Shown piece by piece: positions 50,394 to 57,849 of a DNA stretch of 64,000 nt (positions within the stretch are counted from its first letter, which is position 1; the number at the start of each line of letters is the position of its first letter). The notes beneath the pieces were generated by a model. That model was given only the letters and a program-made list of their open reading frames with translations, searched no databases and was not told where the DNA came from. A program made the translations under genes and the position numbers. The stretch is from Candidatus Latescibacterota bacterium. GTDB lineage: Bacteria; Latescibacterota; UBA2968; GCA-2709665. The stretch is taken from assembly GCA_963667175.2 (NCBI GenBank), contig CAXXXF010000015.1:608001-672000 (forward strand). Reading direction: 5' to 3'.

Positions 50394-51038
50394 GTGACGG
50401 ATCGGGAATTCCTGACGGCCGCTGAAGCGCTGTCCGTCCCTCTGTCTGAAGAACAGGCCTCGCTGTTTGTTCGATATGAGGCGTTGCTCCGGTCGTGGGC
50501 CGAACGGGTGAGACTGGTGTCCCGGGGAGACCGGGACAGGATCAGGGAGCGCCACTTTATCGAGAGTCTGCGGGTGGTTCGCTTTCTTCCGGGAGGGCCG
50601 ATTTCGCTCCTGGACCTGGGATCGGGCGCGGGTTTTCCCGGTGTTCCGGTCAAAATCGCCCGGCCGGAAGTGGACATCGTGCTCCTGGAATCGACAAGAA
50701 TGAAGGCGCTCTTCCTGAAACGCCTGGTCGGTGAACTCGAAATGGACGGGCTGTCCGTTTTGCCCGAGCGTGCGGAGGTTGCCTGCGAACGCGACGAACT
50801 TCGCGGGAGGTTCGATATTGTAACTGCGCGAGCCGTGGGTTCGCTGCGGGACCTGTGGCGCCTGTCGTCAGGCTTCCTCAGGAAGGGTGGCGAGCTGTTT
50901 GCGATCAAGGGCCCCGGCGCACGCCGGGAGGCGGATGGATTCGGCGCCGATGGCCCGGTCGTGACCATCGAAGCCGGGGCGTCAGGTGTCCGGCGAAGGG
51001 ACACGGTTCTTGTCAGGGCTTCCGCCCGGCGCGAGTGA
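50394..51038 (+). CDS. rsmG: 16S rRNA m7G527 methyltransferase
   Basis: GTG after GGAGG. RHFIESL, LDLGSGAGFPG, RAE and VTARAV. Confidence 0.95.
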   Translation: MTDREFLTAAEALSVPLSEEQASLFVRYEALLRSWAERVRLVSRGDRDRIRERHFIESLRVVRFLPGGPISLLDLGSGAGFPGVPVKIARPEVDIVLLESTRMKALFLKRLVGELEMDGLSVLPERAEVACERDELRGRFDIVTARAVGSLRDLWRLSSGFLRKGGELFAIKGPGARREADGFGADGPVVTIEAGASGVRRRDTVLVRASARRE

Positions 51039-51437
51039 TCAATCGGTCTGAACGAGTTCGATCAGGACGCCCGATGCGCTCCGGGGATGGACGAAAGCCA
51101 CCCGCCGGCCGAGCGCGCCCGTCCGGATTCCGCCGGCGATCGCGAGCCCCTGGTTCTTACAGGCTGAGACGGCGGCATCGATATCCGGTACGCGGACGGC
51201 GATATGGTGAAGACCCTGGCCCTTTCCGGAGAGGAACCGTGCCAGAGAACTCCCTTCGTGCGTTGGTTCCAGGAGTTCGAGCCGGGTCAGGCCGGTTCCG
51301 CCAAGAAATACCACCCGGACGCCTTCCGCTTCCACGGTTTCTTCTTCCATTGTTTCAAACCCGAGCATCGCATAGACGGCCAGTGCCCGGTCGACCCTCT
51401 CCACCGCGATGCCCACATGGTCCACGTGTCCGTCCAC
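51039..51437 (-). CDS. mce: Methylmalonyl-CoA epimerase
   Basis: DHVGIAV, LELLEP, GLHHIA and AFVHPRSASGVLIEL. Confidence 0.93.
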   Translation of the reverse strand: MDGHVDHVGIAVERVDRALAVYAMLGFETMEEETVEAEGVRVVFLGGTGLTRLELLEPTHEGSSLARFLSGKGQGLHHIAVRVPDIDAAVSACKNQGLAIAGGIRTGALGRRVAFVHPRSASGVLIELVQTD

Positions 51438-51439
51438 GG

Positions 51440-53296
51440 TTACCCTCCCGGCCTGTAGGATCCAAAAGCCGAACGCAGCCTGTCCGATATCTCGCCAACC
51501 GTGGCGCCGGCCAATCCGGCCGCCACGACCGCTTCCGTAATCGACCCCGCGCGCCGCGCCCGCCGTTCGACGTTGTCCAGCGCAGCCTGCAGGGCGTCGG
51601 AATCCCGCAGGCCCCGCGCCCGCGCCAGGCCCAGTTTCTGATTGTGTTCCGAGTCCTGTGTGGGCTGGAACGTCGAAACCGGCGCGTCCGGATCGCCCCG
51701 AAACCGGTTCACCCCCACCACGACGGTCTCGCCGGATTCGATCTTCTTTTGCGCATCGTATGCCGAGTCCGCGATACAGGCCGCCGTAAAGCCGTTTGCG
51801 GCCGCCTGCCCCGCCCCGCCCTCCCGGTCCACCGCCTCCAGTACGGCCATGGCTTCCTCCTCCAGCCTATCGGTCATTTTTTCGACCGCGTACGACCCCC
51901 CCATGGGATCGACGGTATCCGGGATGCCGCTTTCGTAGGCCAGGATTTGCTGGGTGCGTACCGCGAGTTGCGCTCCGGTATCCGACGGCAGGCCCAGCGC
52001 TTCATCGTACGCGTTGACGTGCAATGACTGGGCGCCGCCCAGAACGGCGGCCAACGCCTGCAGGGTGGTCCGCGCGCAGTTGTTCATCGGCTGCTGGGCC
52101 GTGAGGGTCGAGCCGGCGGTCTGGGCGTGGAATCTCAGGCGCCTGCAGCGCGGGTCTCCCACGCCCAGGCGTTCCTGTACGAGGCGGCTCCAGAGTCGCC
52201 TGGCCGCGCGGAATTTGGCGATTTCCTCCAGAAAATGGTTGTGAACGCCGTAAAAAAAGGAGAATTTCGGGAGGAATCGCTCGGGCTCGAGGCCGGCCGC
52301 GCTGGCGGCGTCGGCATACGACAGGGCGTGGGCGAGCGTAAAGCCAAGTTCCTGTGCGGCGGTTGCGCCGGCCTCCCTCATGTGGTAACCGCTGACGCTG
52401 ATTGGATTCCATTTTGGCGCCTCCCTGAGACAATAGTCCATCAGATCGACCACGAGACGCATCGAGTCGGCAATTGGAAAGACATATGTTCCACGTGAAA
52501 CATACTCCTTGAGAATATCATTCTGGACCGTTCCGGTAAGCGCCCGCGCAGGCAGTCCGCGCTTCTTTCCGAGGCCCGCGTAGAACGCGAACAGGATGCA
52601 GGCCGTCGCGTTGATCGTCATCGATGTGCTGATGCGGTCCAGCGGGATTCCATCGAACAGGGCATCCAGGTCCCAGAGGCCGTCTACCGCCACGCCCACC
52701 CGGCCCACCTCGCCGTCGGCGTCGGGATGGTCCGAGTCGTAACCCATCTGGGTGGGCAGGTCGAACGCCACGCTCAAGCCGGTCTGACCCCGGGCAAGCA
52801 GATCGCGAAACCGGGCGTTGGTTTCCGCGGGGGTGGAAAATCCCGCGTACTGGCGGAAGGTCCAGAGGCGGCCGCGATACATGGAGGGATAGGCGCCGCG
52901 GGTGAAAGGGGGTTCGCCCGCGCGTCCGATCCGGTCGGGGACGTCGTCGCCGTTTCCGCCTCCCCTGACCCCTGACCCCACGGAACGTTGTTCGCTATCG
53001 ACGTCGCCGTTGCGCTTTTCCGCGCTTTCGGCGGGGTCGGCAAGTAGTCCCGTCATCCGGTCGAACAGGCGCCTGGCTTCTGCCGAAGTGGCGCGCTGCC
53101 TGTAGGCCTGTAACAGGAGCGTATTGGAGTCCAGGTCAAGGGCGGCCGCCAGGTCCAGGCATCGCTTGTCCGAAGGAATTCGCTTTCCACTCTCGATCTG
53201 TCCGATATAGGTACCCCAGACACCGATCTTTTCACCCAGCCCATGCTGGCTGAACCTGCCCTGGCGCGCCTCCCTGATCAAATCGCCGAAATCCAT
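51440..53296 (-). CDS. XRE-family HTH fused to methylmalonyl-CoA mutase large (substrate-binding) subunit
   Basis: AAGGAGG RBS. N-terminal LIREARQ..SQHGLGEKIGVWGTYIGQIESGKRIPS, then PFTRG...WTFRQYAGF, GLSVAFDLPTQMGYDSD, QNDILKEY and ISVSGYHMREAG. No B12-binding DxHxxG domain. Confidence 0.88.
   Translation of the reverse strand: MDFGDLIREARQGRFSQHGLGEKIGVWGTYIGQIESGKRIPSDKRCLDLAAALDLDSNTLLLQAYRQRATSAEARRLFDRMTGLLADPAESAEKRNGDVDSEQRSVGSGVRGGGNGDDVPDRIGRAGEPPFTRGAYPSMYRGRLWTFRQYAGFSTPAETNARFRDLLARGQTGLSVAFDLPTQMGYDSDHPDADGEVGRVGVAVDGLWDLDALFDGIPLDRISTSMTINATACILFAFYAGLGKKRGLPARALTGTVQNDILKEYVSRGTYVFPIADSMRLVVDLMDYCLREAPKWNPISVSGYHMREAGATAAQELGFTLAHALSYADAASAAGLEPERFLPKFSFFYGVHNHFLEEIAKFRAARRLWSRLVQERLGVGDPRCRRLRFHAQTAGSTLTAQQPMNNCARTTLQALAAVLGGAQSLHVNAYDEALGLPSDTGAQLAVRTQQILAYESGIPDTVDPMGGSYAVEKMTDRLEEEAMAVLEAVDREGGAGQAAANGFTAACIADSAYDAQKKIESGETVVVGVNRFRGDPDAPVSTFQPTQDSEHNQKLGLARARGLRDSDALQAALDNVERRARRAGSITEAVVAAGLAGATVGEISDRLRSAFGSYRPGG
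52487..52502. promoter_or_regulatory. parS: parS site inside the mutase CDS
   Basis: TGTTCCACGTGAAACA, identical to 50321-50336. Confidence 0.85.
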
Positions 53297-53429
53297 CACC
53301 GAAGCCTCCTTCCGGAATCGCGGGACCGGATAATGCGAGCGCAACGCCGCAACCGGATCCACACACGCTTGTGTGTGTGGAGACAAAACATAAAAACCTG
53401 TTTTTAAATCCGCTTATAAAATCCGAAAA

Positions 53430-54342
53430 GCGGGGAGGCGTGAGACGCAAGACGGTAGAGAAAAACCCTGAAAGCGGTGAGACGGGAGAGGCCAGTCGGT
53501 AGACGAAACGACCCGCTGGTTCCGGTCTGCCTATAGCATCCTGACAGGGCGCCTGTCGGTGGAAAAACACCCACTGGAACGGCGTTCCGGGCGGTCCCAA
53601 ACTTCACATCTCTAATTTACTTTTTTTCTTCTTCGTCCTTATTTCTTGTCCGCGTAAGAAAAAGGACCAAAAAGAAGCGCGCCTGCCTGCCGAGCAGGCT
53701 TCGGCCTGTCTGCCGGCCAGGCAGGCCGCTCAAACGCCGCGGGGCCGGTTTTTCCGTGAACCACCTCAGTGGTAACAATGGAAATATGCTGCCCTGTCAC
53801 CGGACCAGCCCTGCCGGAACTATGTTGCTGGACGGACTTGCACGGAAAAACCCCCAGCCACACCACAGTACGCTTGATGGGGCCTCACAAGAAACCGTAC
53901 GCGGATGTTCCTGCGCGCTGGAGCGTTTAAAGACTCACCAACACCCCAACCAACCTACCCCCTATCCCCCTTCCCGGGGGGAGAGGTCTGCGTAAAACCG
54001 GTGAGACGTGAGACGCAAGACGGTAGAGGAAAACGTCACCACAGTGTTTTCACATTAACCGTTCCTGTTTTTTCCTTTATCGTAACGACGAGAAAAACTA
54101 TCGGGCACTCATATCGTCTCCCGTCTCCCCTCTCACCGCCTTTAGGGAATTTGGGGAGATGTGGACGTTGAATTTTATTCTTGGTTTTGATTCTAACTGA
54201 CGGCTGAATTCCGGTTTGTTGGGGCAACCCTTGTGGTTGCCCTCCTTTCGCGTGTTTCCGGGTTTCCTTTGTGTCTTTGTGTCTCCGTGTGAGCTGATTT
54301 TCGCTTCAAGCCGACTGCTGAACGCCGATGGCTGAAAGCTGC
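53430..54342 (+). repeat. Composite modular repeat, copy 3
   Basis: Shares long blocks with 49450-50320, with 9031-9412 (inverted) and with 55661-56095. Confidence 0.88.
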
Positions 54343-54345
54343 CTT

Positions 54346-55203
54346 TCAACCCGAAACGACCGGATTCTCGAGCCGGCCGATGCCGTCGACTTCGCATACG
54401 ACGCTGTCGCCTGCCTTGAGCCAGAGTTGGGGCTCCCGGGCCATGCCGACTCCCGGCGGCGTGCCCGTAAAGATCAGGTCTCCGGGCTGGAGGGTGACAA
54501 CCCGGGACAGGTACGCGATCAGCTGGTCGACCTTGAAAATCAACTGCGCGGTATTCGAGTCCTGTACGGTCTCGCCGTTCAGGATACAGCGAATGTCCAG
54601 GTTATGGGGATCGCCCGCCTCGTCGGGGGTGACAAGTTCCGGGCCCAGCGGCGCGAAGGTCTCGAAGGTTTTGCCCAGCAGCCATTGGCCGCCGGGTTTT
54701 TCCAGCTGAAAGTCGCGCGCGCTCACGTCGTGGCCCACCGTATAGCCCGCGACGTGGCGCATCGCGTCGGATTCCGGGATATCTTTTCCCGCCGTTCCGA
54801 TGACAACGACCAGTTCGACCTCATAGTCGATCGAACGGGTGATCGACGGCAGGCGGATCGCGTCGCCGGGTCCGATGATCGCAGAAGAGAACTTGGAAAA
54901 CACTACGGGCTCGGACGGGATGGGCATATTGCTTTCCGCGGCGTGGTCCGCGTAGTTGAGGCCGATGCAGAGGATCTTTTCCGGGTTCTGGATGGGCGCC
55001 ACCACGCGAACGGCGCCGGCATCGATGCCCTCGCCCCGCACTGCCGCCGCACCCGCTGCGGTCAGAGCAGCCGGCCCCGCCTCCAGCAGAGCGACCATGT
55101 CCGAAGGAACGCCGGGATCGACGCGGCTCACGTCCACGATCGTGTCTCCCGACCGGACGCCAACGCGTCGCGATCCCCGGTGTTCGAAAGTGAGCAATCG
55201 CAT
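54346..55203 (-). CDS. Fumarylacetoacetate hydrolase family protein
   Basis: KILCIGLNYADH, DYEVEL, DVSARD.Q, GKTF and IFTGTPPGVG. Promoter TTGACA-17-TATCCT at 55286-55258. Confidence 0.95.
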   Translation of the reverse strand: MRLLTFEHRGSRRVGVRSGDTIVDVSRVDPGVPSDMVALLEAGPAALTAAGAAAVRGEGIDAGAVRVVAPIQNPEKILCIGLNYADHAAESNMPIPSEPVVFSKFSSAIIGPGDAIRLPSITRSIDYEVELVVVIGTAGKDIPESDAMRHVAGYTVGHDVSARDFQLEKPGGQWLLGKTFETFAPLGPELVTPDEAGDPHNLDIRCILNGETVQDSNTAQLIFKVDQLIAYLSRVVTLQPGDLIFTGTPPGVGMAREPQLWLKAGDSVVCEVDGIGRLENPVVSG

Positions 55204-55293
55204 ATGACGGTTACCTTTCCTGAGTGGGATGGCGTTGTCCTGCGGGACAGCGCGCGAAGGATAACATGCCGGCCGAAACCTGTCAAGGGATAA

Positions 55294-55399
55294 CAGTCCG
55301 TTGGAAAAGTCGCTCCGTTGGCGAGGCCACATGGGCCGGACGCCTGTCTGGGTGCGAACGCACAGGCAGGCAGCCCGGATGGACTTTATTGACGTGCTG
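55294..55399 (+). mobile_element. Internally deleted MITE copy with hairpin insert
   Basis: Ends CAGTCCGTTGGAAAAGTC / GACTTTATTGACGTGCTG match the 27268-27427 element. Confidence 0.78.
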
Positions 55400-55443
55400 A
55401 CAGGCGCGACGAGACGGGCCGTATCCGGTGTCCGAACGATAAG

Positions 55444-55574
55444 CAATCCACAATGTTGAAAACTCGAATGAAAACGACGTGGAGAGTTTAACGATTGTTT
55501 TTATTTTTGTTAAATGAAACAACCCACAGAATTTCACCACGTATGGTTGAGGTCTGTGGAAAACATGTGGAAGA
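55444..55574. promoter_or_regulatory. Candidate secondary DnaA-box cluster
   Basis: CAATCCACA, TGTTGAAAA, CAACCCACA, TGTGGAAAA and TGTGGAAGA around an AT-rich core. Confidence 0.5.
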
Positions 55575-55660
55575 ATCCGGAGGCATTTCCAACCATCAGG
55601 CAAGGCACGGCCTTTCGCAAGTGACACGAGCCCGCGGCCCACGACGATCGTGAGCGGACC

Positions 55661-56095
55661 TGAAAGCGGTGAGACGTCAGACGTGAGACGGTAGATGACA
55701 TCCTTGCCTGGTTGGTTTCTCCTTTATGCCTGCGGCAAGAGATGATACCGAACATGGCAATAAAAGCAGTGAGACCTAAGACGGTAGATGAAAGACCTTG
55801 TCACCCAATGCGGCGCGAAGTCAAAAAGGGAAAGCGCCGGAACGCCATGTTAGACCATGTGGCCATGATCTTGAGATTTACACAACAGTGTTTCGAGGTT
55901 ACCCGTGCCGAGTTTTTCGCCCTCTTCGTTACGGCCAGGAAACCTGGCGGGCACTCATGTCCTCTACCCTCTCCCGTCTCACCGCCTTTCGGTTGTTTCC
56001 GGGACTCCTTTGTGTCTTCGTGTCTCCGTGTGAGCCGATTGTCGCTCTTGTTTCAAGCTGACCGCTGACGGCTGAATGCTGACAGCTGTTTTTTG
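55661..56095 (+). repeat. Composite modular repeat, partial copy 4
   Basis: AAAGCGGTGAGACG... / ...CGTCTCACCGCCTTT inverted ends, a core similar to 54040-54143, then the CTTYGTGT and GCTGANN arrays. Confidence 0.8.
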
Positions 56096-56275
56096 CTGCT
56101 TCCCGACGCGCCCGCATTCCCTGTCAACCCGCGGGACCCGCTCCCTCCGAACCGGGTCCCGCGAACCAAATTTCCCTTGCTCCCCCCCTGCGATTATTCT
56201 ATATTTCGGAACATCTGCGATGGGCGTTTTCGCACCCTGAAAGGCAACAATCCGGGCAATGGAGAGTGCTGGCAC

Positions 56276-56857
56276 GTGATCGAGAAGGTAAAGGAAGACG
56301 TCGCCGAACTGCTCGAACCCTCCGCGCAGTTTCTGGTGAAAAAACGGTTCCGGCCGAACGCGCTGACCTTGGTCGGGTTTCTCCTGAACCTGGTCGCCGC
56401 GCTGCTCTTCGGGTTCGATTATATCCGGTGGGCAGGTCTTGTCGTGCTGCTCGCCGGCGTGTTCGATTTTCTGGATGGACAGGTGGCCCGCGTGGGGCGG
56501 AGCGAAACCACGTTCGGCGCCCTTCTCGACTCTACGGTAGACCGTTATTCAGAGATTTTCATCTGGTTTGGCATGGCGGTCAGCTTCATCAGGTCGGACT
56601 CCCTTTGGACCACGTCCGCCGTGTTTTTCGCGCTTGCCGGCTCGTTGATGGTGAGCTATATCCGGGCGCGCGTAGAGGGTCTGGGCGAAGAATGCAAGGT
56701 CGGTTTCATGCAACGGCCCGAAAGGGTAATCGCCATTGGCGTGGGGGCGCTGGTGGGCGAAATCGGGCTTACGGTAGCGATCTGGGCGATTGCGTTTCTG
56801 GCGAACTACACCGCGTTGCACAGGGTTTTGTATTTCCGCAAGCGGTCCCGGAATTGA
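56276..56857 (+). CDS. CDP-alcohol phosphatidyltransferase
   Basis: PNALT, DFLDGQVAR...FGALLDSTVDRYSE, MVSYIRAR.E and RPER. Promoter TTGCTC-17-TATATT at 56177-56205. Confidence 0.93.
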   Translation: MIEKVKEDVAELLEPSAQFLVKKRFRPNALTLVGFLLNLVAALLFGFDYIRWAGLVVLLAGVFDFLDGQVARVGRSETTFGALLDSTVDRYSEIFIWFGMAVSFIRSDSLWTTSAVFFALAGSLMVSYIRARVEGLGEECKVGFMQRPERVIAIGVGALVGEIGLTVAIWAIAFLANYTALHRVLYFRKRSRN

Positions 56858-56917
56858 ACCAATGGCCGGCAGGACTCGCCTGAACTGAAAGCAAGCCAGA
56901 GGAGCCGCGAGGATAAG

Positions 56918-56941
56918 GGCGCACAGGGGTGCGCCTTTTTT
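56918..56941 (+). terminator. Rho-independent terminator
   Basis: GGCGCAC-AGGG-GTGCGCC followed by T6. Confidence 0.8.
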
Positions 56942-56972
56942 GTGGACGTCTGCCAGGGGATGGAGGCACGGG

Positions 56973-57836
56973 TTGGCGCCGCTGGACGAACGAAGGAACC
57001 TTGCTTTCTTTACTGACCTGGACGGGACGCTGCTGCAAAGCGATCGAAGGGCAAGCGCCAGAAGCCTTGACGCGCTGAATACGCTGGGGAGAAAGAAAAT
57101 CTGCCGGGTCGTGGTCACCGGCCGATCGCACATGTCCGCAAGCACCGTCTTGCCCGATACCTTTCCGATCGATTATCTGATTACCTCGTCGGGGGTCGGT
57201 ATATTCGATTTCCGGGATCAGACGCTGGTGGAGTCCCACTCCCTTTCGAACGGCGTTGTGCGCCGCGTGACGGGATATCTCATCGACAGGGGATTCGACT
57301 TCATGGTTCACGCGCCGGTTCCGGAGAACCATACCTTCGAGTACTGGGAACAGAACGAAGACAATCCCGATTTCTTGCGACGGCGTCAAAACAACGCTGA
57401 ACACTGTCGCCCCTTGAATCCCGGCCTCCCGGGAAACGGCCGGGCCTCTCAATTTCTGGTGGTCTGTCCCGTTGAAGCGGACCCCTGGCGCACGCATAAC
57501 GGGCTCTGTAACGACCTGAAAGACCTGTCTGTGATTCGGACCACGTCGCCTTCGGACCATCGGTCCACGTGGTTCGAGATCTTTCCGCGGCAGGTTTCCA
57601 AGGCCCGGTCCGCCGCCCGGTTGTGCGAGCGGCTGGGTGCGGACGCGGCACGTTCCGCGGCTGTGGGCAACGACTACAACGACCTGGATATGTTACAATG
57701 GTGCGGGTTTCCGTATGTCGTCCGGAACGCGCCGGAACCCTTGAGAACACGGTTCCCGGTGGTTTCCAACCACAACGCGGACGGGTTTTCCGAGGCGGTC
57801 CGGAGGTGGCTCCGAGAGATTGAGACGTCCACATAG
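56973..57836 (+). CDS. HAD-superfamily hydrolase, subfamily IIB (Cof-like)
   Basis: TTG after GGAGG. TDLDGTLL, VTGR, VSKA and GNDYNDLDML. Confidence 0.9.
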   Translation: MAPLDERRNLAFFTDLDGTLLQSDRRASARSLDALNTLGRKKICRVVVTGRSHMSASTVLPDTFPIDYLITSSGVGIFDFRDQTLVESHSLSNGVVRRVTGYLIDRGFDFMVHAPVPENHTFEYWEQNEDNPDFLRRRQNNAEHCRPLNPGLPGNGRASQFLVVCPVEADPWRTHNGLCNDLKDLSVIRTTSPSDHRSTWFEIFPRQVSKARSAARLCERLGADAARSAAVGNDYNDLDMLQWCGFPYVVRNAPEPLRTRFPVVSNHNADGFSEAVRRWLREIETST

Positions 57837-57849
57837 AAGAGGACGTACC

